From Patescibacteria group bacterium (GTDB lineage Bacteria > Patescibacteriota > Microgenomatia > JAMCZE01), in contig JAMCZE010000007.1 of NCBI GenBank assembly GCA_023485845.1, positions 11,391 through 75,390 of the forward strand: 64,000 nucleotides of DNA, read 5' to 3'. Positions 7,562 to 17,592 of this stretch are shown here, piece by piece. The position numbers and the translations under genes are program-made. The notes under the pieces are model-generated. The model worked only from the letters and a program-made list of their open reading frames with translations, was not told where the DNA came from and searched no databases. Every line of letters begins with the position of its first letter. The first letter of the stretch is position 1.

Positions 7562-9400
7562 ATGGCCAAAATTTCCAAACTAAAGCCGCCGCGGATTTCT
7601 TTTTCCGCTGTCGGGCAAATCATTTTTGTTTTCAAGGAGGCCTTTAAGATAATCTGGGCCGTGGAACCAGTGATCCTCCTTGGCGTCATGGTGCTGGGAA
7701 CCATTTGGGGTCTCACTACTCTGCCCACTCTCTATCTGGGCAAAGCCATCATTGACACCTCTTTAGGGGCAATCCCCAAATCCGACCCCGAACGGGTCCA
7801 GGCTGTCTACCAAGTGGCAGTGTTTATTATCCTCCTCACCCTGGTTAACATCATCCGCCAGGTGGCCTCCTCACTAACTAACACTTTCCGTTTTCGCCTC
7901 AATCTCTCAGCCGATGCTTACATGGACCGAACCTTAAGCCAAAAATTCGGCACCCTGGACATCGTCACTATCGAAAGTCCGGAGTTTCGGGATCGATTTG
8001 AAAAAATAAAAAAAGAGGGCTACCAAAGATTATGGGGATTAGTTTATGTTATGGCCCAAGTACCCCAAAACCTGTCCGGGGTTATCTCCTCTTTGGCACC
8101 AATCTTTTTGTTTAGCCCCCTGCTCCTTGTTGTCATCATTATCCTTCAGCTGCCGGTTTTAGCTTATGACCGGGTTATGACTAAAAAGGATTATGACCTC
8201 AACAGTCAGGCCGCCAACAAGAATCGGGTCTGGGGAATGATTCTTCACTTGTTAGTTAGTCCGCGTAACCCGATGGAGGCTAAACTGCTGGGCAACACTA
8301 AAAGTCTCGTTGACAAGATGCACACTCTCCAAGATGAAGTGGTGATGCCGCGAGCTAAGTTGCGAACCAACTGGGTTATTTTCGACAGTATTTTCAGCAT
8401 CCCACCCTGGATTTTTTCCGGGGGGCTGGACATTTGGCTATTTATCCAGGTTATTTTTGCCCGGATGACTTTGGGAACCGCCCAGCTTATTTTTAATGCC
8501 TACAATAATTTCAGTAACTATTTCGTCGATCTGATTGGCAATATCCTTCAGATCTACGAGCACTATCTTTATGTTATTGACTTTGTCTGGCTAATGAACC
8601 TGAAACCGCAAATGTCAAACGGCAAGAAAAAAGTTTCTCTGAAACCCCTGGCCGGGATTGAATTTAAAGATGTCTGGTTTCGCTATCCGGGAAACAACTC
8701 CTGGGTTCTTAAAGGAATAAACTTGAAAATCAGCCCAACCGATAACATCGCTATTGTCGGGGAAAACGGTGCCGGGAAAACCACTCTAATTAAATTGTTG
8801 GGGCGCTTCTATCAACCGACTAAGGGAGAAGTATTGTTTAACGGAGTCAACATCAACAATTATGACGAGGTCTCCTATTGGCGCAATATGGCGGTTTTAT
8901 TTCAGGACTTTGAAACCTATTCGTTTTCGGCTAAGGAAGCGGTGGGCTACGGCGATCCCGCCCGATTAAGTAATTTCTCGGAAATTGTCGATGCTGCCAA
9001 ACAGGCGGGTATCCACGACTACATTGAATCGTTAAAAGCCGGCTATGACACTCCCCTGCAGCGCGACTTGGAAGGTGGCATCACTCCTTCCGGCGGCCAA
9101 CTGCAGCGAATTGCCTTGGCCCGGACAATTTTTCGCCGGGCAAACATCGTCATCCTGGATGAGCCGACCAGCAATGTGGACCCCAAAGCGGAAGAGGAAA
9201 TTTTTGACAAAATTATGGCCTTAACCCGGAAGAAAATTCTTATTTTAATTTCCCACCGCTTCTCCACCGTTCGACTGGCAGATCAGATTATTGTTTTACA
9301 TAAAGGCGAGGTGGTGGAACAAGGCAGTCACGAAGAGTTAATGCGCCTCTCCGGCCACTATGCCAAACTTTATAATCTCCAGGCTAAGTGGTATAAGTAG
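7562..9400 (+). CDS. ABC transporter, fused permease/ATP-binding protein (type I exporter, MsbA-like)
   Basis: N-terminal TM domain. Walker A GENGAGKTTL, signature LSGGQLQRIALAR, Walker B ILDEPTS. Confidence 0.85.
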   Translation: MAKISKLKPPRISFSAVGQIIFVFKEAFKIIWAVEPVILLGVMVLGTIWGLTTLPTLYLGKAIIDTSLGAIPKSDPERVQAVYQVAVFIILLTLVNIIRQVASSLTNTFRFRLNLSADAYMDRTLSQKFGTLDIVTIESPEFRDRFEKIKKEGYQRLWGLVYVMAQVPQNLSGVISSLAPIFLFSPLLLVVIIILQLPVLAYDRVMTKKDYDLNSQAANKNRVWGMILHLLVSPRNPMEAKLLGNTKSLVDKMHTLQDEVVMPRAKLRTNWVIFDSIFSIPPWIFSGGLDIWLFIQVIFARMTLGTAQLIFNAYNNFSNYFVDLIGNILQIYEHYLYVIDFVWLMNLKPQMSNGKKKVSLKPLAGIEFKDVWFRYPGNNSWVLKGINLKISPTDNIAIVGENGAGKTTLIKLLGRFYQPTKGEVLFNGVNINNYDEVSYWRNMAVLFQDFETYSFSAKEAVGYGDPARLSNFSEIVDAAKQAGIHDYIESLKAGYDTPLQRDLEGGITPSGGQLQRIALARTIFRRANIVILDEPTSNVDPKAEEEIFDKIMALTRKKILILISHRFSTVRLADQIIVLHKGEVVEQGSHEELMRLSGHYAKLYNLQAKWYK

Positions 9401-9613
9401 ACCTATATCCTGTCGAACCAAAATTTTGGCGTAATTGGGGATATCTTTGTTCCAGCTGTAGGCGCTGCTGATCATGCATCCGCCGAGCAAAGTCCGGATT
9501 AAGAAATGAAAGAAGACGAATTCTGGCTGAAGAGCGAAATCGCAATTTTCTTTCTTGCCCCGATAACATTAAGATCAGTGTACACCAAGCAAGGTTTGGT
9601 GTAAATTGGCATC

Positions 9614-10321
9614 ATGAAAGTGCTGCTTTATGGCCGGCATGGAAGCTACCCCCAAGAAATAGAAAATCTGGTTAAGTCTTTCGGGCTGGAGATTGTCCGG
9701 AAGAATCCGGAGGTAGTTATCACTTTTGGCGGGGATGGGACATTTTTGGGGGCGGAGCGGGACTGGCCGGAGGTTCCCAAGCTCTATCTGCGCGACAGCG
9801 GCACCTGCTTTCATTGCAGTCCGTTGCCCAACGAAGAACTCTTAAAACTTTTCGTCAACCACAAATTGCCGACTCAAGAGTTTTTAAAACTAGAAGCCAC
9901 CGTCAACGGAAAAGCCGTCACAGCTCTCAACGATGTCGTTATCGCCCACCAAACCCCAAATGGTGCCATCAGATTTACTGTTGACAATGAGCCGGAGTTA
10001 ATCGGTGACGGTGTTGTTATTGCCACCCCCTTTGGCTCCACTGCCTATTTTTATTCCATCACCAAGACCACATTTACTAAAGGGATCGGCCTGGCTTTTA
10101 ATAATGTCCATAATTTGAAAATCCGGGAAAAAATTCTTGCTGAAAACGCCCAGATTTCTGTTGCCATCACCCGTGGCCCGGCCGTTTTATCCGCCGACAA
10201 CAATCCGCAGCTAATTAGTCTGGAAACAGGAGATAAAGTCACCGTTAAGAAGGCAGCCGACACAGCGAAAATCCTGACAAGTGCGACTTTTGCACCAAGT
10301 GAAGGTCAGTGGTTGTCATAA
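9614..10321 (+). CDS. nadK: NAD(+) kinase
   Basis: GGDGT motif and DGVVIATPFGSTAYFYS, matching the NadK DG...TPTGSTAYS motif. Confidence 0.8.
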   Translation: MKVLLYGRHGSYPQEIENLVKSFGLEIVRKNPEVVITFGGDGTFLGAERDWPEVPKLYLRDSGTCFHCSPLPNEELLKLFVNHKLPTQEFLKLEATVNGKAVTALNDVVIAHQTPNGAIRFTVDNEPELIGDGVVIATPFGSTAYFYSITKTTFTKGIGLAFNNVHNLKIREKILAENAQISVAITRGPAVLSADNNPQLISLETGDKVTVKKAADTAKILTSATFAPSEGQWLS

Positions 10322-11237
10322 TGGTTTGCTGTTTAGGAATCACTTCCAAAATGCGGTGGCGGTTAGTCGGGTCTAACTCGGAGAAAATGTCATCCAAAAG
10401 AAGCAATGGTTTTTCATTGGTCGCTTTTTCCACATAATCCAACTCCTTCAGTTTAATGTCAAAGATGGCCAGGCGCTGCTCTCCCCGGCTACCAAAACTC
10501 TTCATGTTCTTACCATTGATAATCACTTTAAAATCATCGCGGTGCGGGCCGACCAGTGTCATGGCTGCAGCCACTTCTTCTGCACGGTACTTTTCCAGCC
10601 GTTCGGCGGAAATGACACTGTGGTCATAAATCAATCCTAAAAAATCGAGAAATACTTTGCGTCTTTGGTGAATGATCCCGCCATTCTCAATAAGCAGCTT
10701 ATCCCAATAGTCAAATTGTGTCCTGGTCACTAGCCTCTGATCCCTAGCCACTCGTAAGAGCCGATTTCGCGCCCGCAGCGCCCGTTCATAGATAGAAGCC
10801 GCCAGGCGGTAGTCCTTGTGCGCTTGGGCCAAAACCAAGTCTAAATACTGGCGCCGGGTGGATGGGGAGTCCGCCACGATTTCAATGTCCTGCGGGGAAA
10901 AAGCCACCACCCGCAGCCAGCCGGCAAAATCCACCAGCCGCTTTCCCACCCCGTTAACCCGATATAGTTTCTGAAATCTCTCCCGTCCGTCCCAAATAAT
11001 TTCCAAAGTTGTGTCATCCAACTCTCCTACTATCCTACTTACTTTCTCTCCCACTCTTGTCTGCTCTCGCTCGTTTTCCGCCCGAAAACTTTTGCCGGTG
11101 GCTAATTCATAAATTGCCTCCAAAACATTGGTTTTGCCCACGGCATTATCTCCAACAATCAGCGTAGTCCCCGGGGAAAATCCAAATTCCCGCTTGGTGT
11201 AATTTCGGAAATTTTGCAACGACAGTTTTTTCAGCAC
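10245..11237 (-). CDS. recF: DNA replication and repair protein RecF
   Basis: N-terminus LKKLSLQNFRNYTKREFGFSPGTTLIVGDNAVGKTNVLEAI is canonical RecF with a Walker A motif. The convergent ORF track overlaps it with nadK by 77 nt. Confidence 0.85.
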   Translation of the reverse strand: MLKKLSLQNFRNYTKREFGFSPGTTLIVGDNAVGKTNVLEAIYELATGKSFRAENEREQTRVGEKVSRIVGELDDTTLEIIWDGRERFQKLYRVNGVGKRLVDFAGWLRVVAFSPQDIEIVADSPSTRRQYLDLVLAQAHKDYRLAASIYERALRARNRLLRVARDQRLVTRTQFDYWDKLLIENGGIIHQRRKVFLDFLGLIYDHSVISAERLEKYRAEEVAAAMTLVGPHRDDFKVIINGKNMKSFGSRGEQRLAIFDIKLKELDYVEKATNEKPLLLLDDIFSELDPTNRHRILEVIPKQQTIMTTTDLHLVQKSHLSGFSLCRLPS

Positions 11238-11500
11238 GTCCCCATTTTACCTGTCCCGGCTTGACAAATAAAGCAGAGAGAGAGAGAATAGGCCAAATGC
11301 ACGAAGGAGAGTTCTCTGACGAGCCAGCTATCTTTTACTGCTCTCATCATGAAGAAAGACCAGCAAGTCGTGACGGTGGCATACACGATTTAGAGGGTCG
11401 CCTTATTGTTATCCAAAATTGTAGGCCATGTTTGGAGGCTCTAGCACTACCCCTTCTTGAAAATATCACTAAGACAATCGCAAATATGAAGGGTGTCTAA

Positions 11501-12355
11501 CTACTTCTGACACTTAGGGCAGAAGAATGTTCCCCGGCCGCCGAGGCGGCTCACAGTAATAGTTTTTCCACAACGGGGACAAGGTTGGCCCTGTTTTTGA
11601 TAGACCACAAAGTGTTCCTGCATATGGCCCTTTTTGCCCTCCACATTCACGAATGCTTCGTCGGCGGCACTGCTGCCGCCATATTTTAGCCCCTTCTCTA
11701 GGACTTCTCTTACACACTTGTGCAACTCTCCCACTTTCCTGCTTTCCAGCTCTCTGGCTCTCTTCATCGGTGAAATTCCCGCGCACCAAAGGGCCTCGTT
11801 GGCATAAATGTTGCCAATCCCGGCGATCTTGCCCTGTTCCATCAAAAGCAGCTTGATCGGCCGGCCCCAATTGGCGCAGATCTTAGCTAAATATTCCGGA
11901 GTAAATTCTTTTCCTAACGCCTCCGGCCCAAATTTTTCATTGCTCATTGCCAATTGCTCATTGCTCATTACGCGGACCCAGCCAAATTGGCGCATATCGT
12001 TGAAAAATAATTTCGCATTGTTGTCCAGGCTGAAGATTACGTGGGTGGTTTTGCCCGGCAGTGTCATCCCGGCAAAGGGAATCCCCTGAGAGAAAGAAAT
12101 TGTTTCGGCGGTGCCATGGCCATAAACTAATTGTCCGGTCATCTTGAGATGAACCACGATATTTTTCCCGTTATCCAATCTCAAAACTATAATCTTAGCT
12201 CTCCTTTGGACATCAGTGATTCTAGAACCTAGAACCTGATCCCTAGAACCTTCCCACATCTTGGCCAGCCGGACGTCAACGTCCACGATCGTCCGGCCGA
12301 TCAATTTGTCGGCCAATTGTGTCCTAATGGTCTCAACTTCTGGTAACTCCGGCAT
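11501..12355 (-). CDS. fpg: formamidopyrimidine-DNA glycosylase (Fpg/Nei family)
   Basis: N-terminal MPELPEVE catalytic motif and C-terminal zinc finger CPRCGKTI...CPKCQ. Confidence 0.85.
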   Translation of the reverse strand: MPELPEVETIRTQLADKLIGRTIVDVDVRLAKMWEGSRDQVLGSRITDVQRRAKIIVLRLDNGKNIVVHLKMTGQLVYGHGTAETISFSQGIPFAGMTLPGKTTHVIFSLDNNAKLFFNDMRQFGWVRVMSNEQLAMSNEKFGPEALGKEFTPEYLAKICANWGRPIKLLLMEQGKIAGIGNIYANEALWCAGISPMKRARELESRKVGELHKCVREVLEKGLKYGGSSAADEAFVNVEGKKGHMQEHFVVYQKQGQPCPRCGKTITVSRLGGRGTFFCPKCQK

Positions 12356-13448
12356 AGACTAGCTCCTTCATCTTTTTAATAAATATTTCTTTTGAGAACT
12401 TAGCCGCCTGTTTTTGACAGTCTGCTTTTTTAATTTTCATCTTCTCCACTCGCTTAATTGCTTCCACCAGGCTTTCAACATTATAGTCGGAAAAGAATGT
12501 TCCCGTCTTGCCTTCCACCACCGTCTCTAGATAGCCCCCGGAGCCGTAGGCCACCACTGGCGTTCCTGCCGCCATCGCTTCCACCGGCGTGATCCCAAAA
12601 TCTTCATCCTTCGCCAAGGCCAGAAAAGCCGTGGCGTTTTTATATAAGCCCGCTAACTGTTCATCCGGCACCCGGCCGAGAAATTCAACATTCTTGTGAG
12701 CCAGCTTTTCAATGTTTTTTTGTTCAGTGAAGATGCCGGAATACTCGCCCACTACCTTGAGACTGGCTCCTAATTTTCCGGTGGCTTCAATTGCCAAATC
12801 GACCCCCTTAAAACTGGCAACGCGCCCGGCCACAAGAAAATAACCACTTTCATAAGACGTGGTCTTGCCTCGCAAGACCACGTCTTGCAAATCTACTGGG
12901 GGATAAATTACCACTGCATCCTTTCGATAGAATTTTTTAATCCTCCTGGCAACTTCATGAGAATTAGCTAAAAACGCATCAACTCGTTGTGCTCCAAACC
13001 AATCATAGAGCCGAAGGAAATGGCTAATTATGACTTTATAAACTTGGGCATACCAATACTTGCGGTAGTCCATCCCCGGATAGCCGTATAAAAACCGCGG
13101 CGGAGTGTGACAATAACAAATTACTCGCACATGTTTGGGAATGCGCACTGGTTTGGTCAGATAGCCGCTGCTGGAAAGAATCACCAAATCATACTTTGAA
13201 AAATCAAAACTCTCCCAGATCAGCGGGACCAGAAAGCGCAGGGAGCTATGAAGATTTTTGTAGCGGATCAACCAGTTGGCCCAAGACGGGATAAGTCGAG
13301 CTCCGGCAAAGGCACGGGCGGCGGTGGAACCCGGCGTCACAAAAGCGGTGTAGATTGGCGCGTCGGGAAATATCTCGTGCAGGGCCATTAAAACCCGCTC
13401 CGCCCCCCCGAACTCTTTAATATAGTCATGAACCAAGGCGATCTTCAT
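12333..13448 (-). CDS. glycosyltransferase family 4 (GT-B fold)
   Basis: C-terminal EDFGITPVEAMAAGTPVVA (E-x7-E region) and overall GT1/GT4 layout. Confidence 0.75.
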   Translation of the reverse strand: MKIALVHDYIKEFGGAERVLMALHEIFPDAPIYTAFVTPGSTAARAFAGARLIPSWANWLIRYKNLHSSLRFLVPLIWESFDFSKYDLVILSSSGYLTKPVRIPKHVRVICYCHTPPRFLYGYPGMDYRKYWYAQVYKVIISHFLRLYDWFGAQRVDAFLANSHEVARRIKKFYRKDAVVIYPPVDLQDVVLRGKTTSYESGYFLVAGRVASFKGVDLAIEATGKLGASLKVVGEYSGIFTEQKNIEKLAHKNVEFLGRVPDEQLAGLYKNATAFLALAKDEDFGITPVEAMAAGTPVVAYGSGGYLETVVEGKTGTFFSDYNVESLVEAIKRVEKMKIKKADCQKQAAKFSKEIFIKKMKELVYAGVTRS

Positions 13449-14338
13449 ATAAATTTCAATTGAGCATTATTTTTAATGTGTTCTTTCTCCACCCGCTCAA
13501 CGATAGTTTTGAAACCCAGTGTCTCCTTCATATATTTAACCCCATTTTGCCAGTTGATGTCTTGCACCTGGGCGCTGGTCAAATCAAGATGAACCGGAAC
13601 ATTAGTAACAATCCTCGCCAATTTTTGCGACAGCCCGGCCAGCTCGGCTCCCTCGGCCAGTTTTTTGGCAATTTTTGGCTCAACTTTATCCAGATTTTTA
13701 TACAAATTTTCTAATGTGCCAAGCTGGGCAATAAGCTTTTCGGCAGTCTTTGGCCCGATCCCTGCTACCCCGGGATAGTTATCAGAAGCATCGCCCTTAA
13801 GGGCTTTAACATCCACCCATTGATGGGGGAGAACTCCGAATTCGGCGCGTACGGCCACTTCATCATAAATTTTAGTTTCTGATAATCCCTTAACCGGCAC
13901 ACAGACTTTAACATGAGAGTTCACCAACTGAAGCATATCCCGATCCCCGGTGACAATAACTACCTCGCAGTTTGCCTGCTGCGCTAAAGTGCCAATGATG
14001 TCGTCCGCTTCAAAACCGGCCACTTCGAAAAAAGAAATTTTTAGAGCCTCCAGGAGTTTATGAACCAGGGGGATTTGGCTGGTCAGATTGCCTTCCATCT
14101 CCGGTCGTTTACCCTGATATTGCGTATAAAGCTGCTGGCGAAACGTGGGGGCGGGAAGGTCAAAAGCCACCGCCAAATAGTCCGGCTTTAAATCCGCCAA
14201 CACCCGCAGCAGCATGGTGACAAAGCCATAAACGGCATTAGTTTGCAGACCAGTCCGGCTCGTCAGCGGCGGCAGAGCATGATAGGCCCGGTGCAAAATC
14301 GCATGCCCGTCAATGAGAACTAACTTGACATTCTCCAT
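13445..14338 (-). CDS. 5'-3' exonuclease (Pol I N-terminal-domain-like flap nuclease)
   Basis: LVLIDGHAILHRAYHAL N-terminus and acidic metal-binding clusters typical of the 53EXO/FEN domain. Confidence 0.8.
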   Translation of the reverse strand: MENVKLVLIDGHAILHRAYHALPPLTSRTGLQTNAVYGFVTMLLRVLADLKPDYLAVAFDLPAPTFRQQLYTQYQGKRPEMEGNLTSQIPLVHKLLEALKISFFEVAGFEADDIIGTLAQQANCEVVIVTGDRDMLQLVNSHVKVCVPVKGLSETKIYDEVAVRAEFGVLPHQWVDVKALKGDASDNYPGVAGIGPKTAEKLIAQLGTLENLYKNLDKVEPKIAKKLAEGAELAGLSQKLARIVTNVPVHLDLTSAQVQDINWQNGVKYMKETLGFKTIVERVEKEHIKNNAQLKFI

Positions 14339-14619
14339 AATTTATTGTACTATCTTTTACAAAGACCGTAGCTTGGGGAACCAACCCAATAAGTTGCTTT
14401 GACCCAAGTCGATTCGCAAGAATCCTCGGTCTTATTTTTTATCCGTTAACCCCATCTCTAAAATAAAAAGGAAAATCCTTAGGGCGACTTGCTGATCGCC
14501 GATGAGCTTGTAAAATAAGTCGCTTTGCCTTGCCGGGGATTAAGATGCTAAAATTATCACCATTGGAGAAAGCGAACACGGTATTTTTTGTGTCCGCCAG
14601 TAATCCACTAACATCGACC

Positions 14620-16569
14620 TCAACTTGTTGTGATCCCTTTTTTCTCATGGCCCATGAGTCTTTCAAACTCCTCCCCTTCCAGAGTTTCTTTGGCAATCAG
14701 TTCTGCTGACACCTTATCCAGAAGCTTGCGGTTTTTCTTTAAAATGGAAACTGCCAGTTTGTAGCCGTCATCAATTAATTTGCGCACTGCCTCGTCAATC
14801 TTCCCCGCCATTTCCTCCGACAATTTTTGCGGTTCCAGATAGGTTTTTCCCATATAACTTTGCTCCTCTGCTCCGAAATTAATCGGACCTAAAGCGCTCA
14901 TTCCAAACTCCATCACCATCTCCCGGGCAATCCCGGTGGCTTGAGAAATGTCCGAGGCTGCCCCAGTGGTCATCTCGGAAAAAACCATTTCTTCGGCCGC
15001 CCGGCCACCCAACATGGCAGCAATTTGTTCGACTAAATGGGATTTGGTTTCGTGGAGCCGGTCGGCGGTGGGCGGAATTAAAGTGTGGCCCAGGCTCATC
15101 CCGCGGGACACAATGCTAATCCGGTGCACCGGGTCCATATGCGGCAGTTCATGGGTGACGATGGCGTGGCCGGCCTCGTGATAGGCGGTCATTTTTTTGT
15201 CCAAATCACTTTGGATTCGTTTCTTTTGGGGACCCAGTTTCACTTTAGTGGCGGCCTCTTCAATGTCCTCCATGGCAATTTTTGTCCGGTCATGGCGGGC
15301 CGCTTCAATGGCCGCCTCGTTAAGCATATTTTCCAAATCCGCTCCAGAAAAACCAACCGTTCGCTTGGCCACCTTGTCCCAGTCGATCTCCTCCTCAAAC
15401 GGCTTATTCTTCATATGCACCTTTAAAATCGCCAGGCGGCCTTCTTTATCGGGCAAATCTAAAACCACCCGGCGGTCAAAACGCCCCGGGCGAAGCAGTG
15501 CCGGATCCAAAAGATCGCCGCGATTAGTTGCCGCAATCACCACCACTTGTTCGTTGGGTTCAAATCCGTCCATTTCGATTAAAATCTGGTTTAGGGTCTG
15601 CTCCCGTTCATCATGGCCGCCGATTGCCCCTAGGGACCGGGTCCGACCAATGGCATCAATCTCGTCGATAAAGATAATTGCCGGCTTGTTCTTTTTGGCC
15701 GTCTGAAAGAGATCGCGGGCTCTGGAGGCCCCAACTCCGACTAACATTTCCATAAACTCCGAGCCGGCCATGGAGAAAAACGGCACCCCCGCCTCCCCGG
15801 CCACGGCCTTGGCCAAAAGCGTTTTCCCAGTTCCGCTTGGCCCCACCAACAAAACCCCTTTGGGCGTCCTTGCTCCTAAGGCCGCGTATTTCTTGGGGTT
15901 TTTCAAAAAATCGACCACTTCTTCCAATTCCCGTTTGGCCTCATCAACCCCAGCCACGTCTTTAAAAGTCACTTTGGGCATGGCTTTGTTATATAGTTTG
16001 GCCGGGCTCTGACCGAAGGAAAAAAGGGAGTTGGTCCCGGCCATTTGCCGCCGATAAAGCCAAAAGATTAGCACGAAAAAAAGGACTATTGGCCCAAATT
16101 GGAGAAAAGTATTTACCCAGAAATTCTTAGTAATGTCGTTCTGGTTGACTAAAGTAATATTGCTAGGATCGAGCGCCAGCTGGTCCTTAGAAAAAAGCGT
16201 TTGATTCAAATCCTGATTGGGATCCTTGCGGGAATCGACAATAGTTCCGTCTTTATACTTCACCGTCAGGTCGCTGTCGGAAACCTCAATTCGGGAAACC
16301 TTGCCGGCCTTGGCGTCGGCCAGCACCTGGGAAATCGGTTCCACTTTATTTTGTGGTTGGTTATCAATGAAACTGCTGATTGTGAGGATCACCAACAAGA
16401 TCACCAGGGCGTAGAGAATAAGGTTCTTTAGGTCAAACCGCATCTCCATTTTAAAAACGCGGGTGGCCTTTTTCCCGTTGCCATTGCCGTTTCGTTTACC
16501 TGATGATGGTGTTTGGGGAAACATCTTTGTCAAAGTTATATAAAATGGCTTCGTCGGTTCCGGCCGCAA
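14620..16569 (-). CDS. ftsH: ATP-dependent zinc metalloprotease FtsH
   Basis: AAA Walker [14 protein letters not shown], second region of homology, HEAGHA zinc motif. The true start is likely the internal Met near 16450 (MEMRFDLKN...), because the track start overlaps the upstream gene. Confidence 0.9.
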   Translation of the reverse strand: MRPEPTKPFYITLTKMFPQTPSSGKRNGNGNGKKATRVFKMEMRFDLKNLILYALVILLVILTISSFIDNQPQNKVEPISQVLADAKAGKVSRIEVSDSDLTVKYKDGTIVDSRKDPNQDLNQTLFSKDQLALDPSNITLVNQNDITKNFWVNTFLQFGPIVLFFVLIFWLYRRQMAGTNSLFSFGQSPAKLYNKAMPKVTFKDVAGVDEAKRELEEVVDFLKNPKKYAALGARTPKGVLLVGPSGTGKTLLAKAVAGEAGVPFFSMAGSEFMEMLVGVGASRARDLFQTAKKNKPAIIFIDEIDAIGRTRSLGAIGGHDEREQTLNQILIEMDGFEPNEQVVVIAATNRGDLLDPALLRPGRFDRRVVLDLPDKEGRLAILKVHMKNKPFEEEIDWDKVAKRTVGFSGADLENMLNEAAIEAARHDRTKIAMEDIEEAATKVKLGPQKKRIQSDLDKKMTAYHEAGHAIVTHELPHMDPVHRISIVSRGMSLGHTLIPPTADRLHETKSHLVEQIAAMLGGRAAEEMVFSEMTTGAASDISQATGIAREMVMEFGMSALGPINFGAEEQSYMGKTYLEPQKLSEEMAGKIDEAVRKLIDDGYKLAVSILKKNRKLLDKVSAELIAKETLEGEEFERLMGHEKKGITTS

Positions 16570-16834
16570 CTAACATCCCTTCACTGACCAGTTCCCGATC
16601 CCCTATCTTAAACCTTTTTGGCACCAAATTCACCACGAAAATTAATTTTTTCCCTTTTAACGATTCTGGGGTGTACCACTGTTTAATCCCGGCATAAATT
16701 ACTCGTTGAAATTCTCCAAAATTAACCTTCAATTCCACTAATCTCTCGCTTCCTTCCACTTCCCGCGCCTCTATTATCTCCCCCACCCTGAGATCAAGCT
16801 TGGAAAAATCGCTAAAATCAATCTGTGGTTTCAC
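16496..16834 (-). CDS. tRNA-binding domain protein (CsaA/Trbp111/EMAP-like OB fold)
   Basis: KLDLRVGEIIEA... signature of the Myf tRNA-binding domain. 112 aa. Confidence 0.75.
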   Translation of the reverse strand: MKPQIDFSDFSKLDLRVGEIIEAREVEGSERLVELKVNFGEFQRVIYAGIKQWYTPESLKGKKLIFVVNLVPKRFKIGDRELVSEGMLVAAGTDEAILYNFDKDVSPNTIIR

Positions 16835-16852
16835 AGGGGAATTTTACCACGT

Positions 16853-17101
16853 TTATTCTTCTGGTTTTTTAGAATTATCTAGTACACCTTTTGGACACCA
16901 AGCTTTTTCGTCTATTGAGTCAACATTAACTCGCCAGCCCAATTTAATCCCTGCCATTTGGGCCATGTTCGGGTTCGCCAATAGCAAGCAAACCCAACCA
17001 TCGACATTCCTTGATAAGGCGAAACAGGCGTTTTCTGTCCCCATCCCACAACCTGGATGCCTCACTTCTTTTTCAGTCAAAAGTCCCTCTTCTTTTCCCA
17101 T
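16853..17101 (-). CDS. hypothetical protein (Cys-containing)
   Basis: 82-aa ORF. It starts one codon after the TGA stop of the upstream ORF, in the same frame. Confidence 0.35.
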   Translation of the reverse strand: MGKEEGLLTEKEVRHPGCGMGTENACFALSRNVDGWVCLLLANPNMAQMAGIKLGWRVNVDSIDEKAWCPKGVLDNSKKPEE

Positions 17102-17104
17102 AAC

Positions 17105-17488
17105 TCACCTCCTCCACCAACCAGCCGGTCGATCAATGTGGGCAATATGAGCCTTGCATCGGGGATTTTCTTCAATCACGACATCCCGCTCTAAATTATG
17201 AGCAACCAGCCGCACTGCCGTACAGATTTGATCACCGGTTATTGTTGGCCCAAAGCGCCAAACGCAATGATCTGAATCACCATAGGGGCAGGTTGTAACC
17301 CGAACTGCCTTCTCCACTTCTCCAGTCTTTTTCTTAGTATCAGCGTTGTACCACTCAATATCCACAAAGACTTCTCCTTTAAAATCTTTCGTCGGGTCAA
17401 AATCTCCCCTTAAAGGATCGTTAGCAATACGATCCTCGTAGGTCCTAACTGTCATTTCCTTGTTTTTTTCAAAACTCAACTCTTCCAT
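17105..17488 (-). CDS. hypothetical protein
   Basis: 127-aa ORF with no recognisable domain. Confidence 0.4.
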   Translation of the reverse strand: MEELSFEKNKEMTVRTYEDRIANDPLRGDFDPTKDFKGEVFVDIEWYNADTKKKTGEVEKAVRVTTCPYGDSDHCVWRFGPTITGDQICTAVRLVAHNLERDVVIEENPRCKAHIAHIDRPAGWWRR

Positions 17489-17592
17489 AGCAATGTCAAT
17501 TTTGTCATTCTCTTAATTACACCGCTTGATAATGAACTTACAATTGTCTACCAACATGAATTCGCATTCATTCGGTGATATAATTGTGAGGT

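Noticed and set aside
17099-17110. In-frame TGA between ORFs 17105-17488 and 16853-17101 (…WWRR*VMGKEE…), and the similar TAA-Ile-ATG junction at 27634-27642. Either could suggest readthrough or selenocysteine.
   Set aside because: Both junctions have the form stop codon, one codon, ATG. That is a common arrangement for translationally coupled adjacent genes. No SECIS-like hairpin was seen directly downstream.
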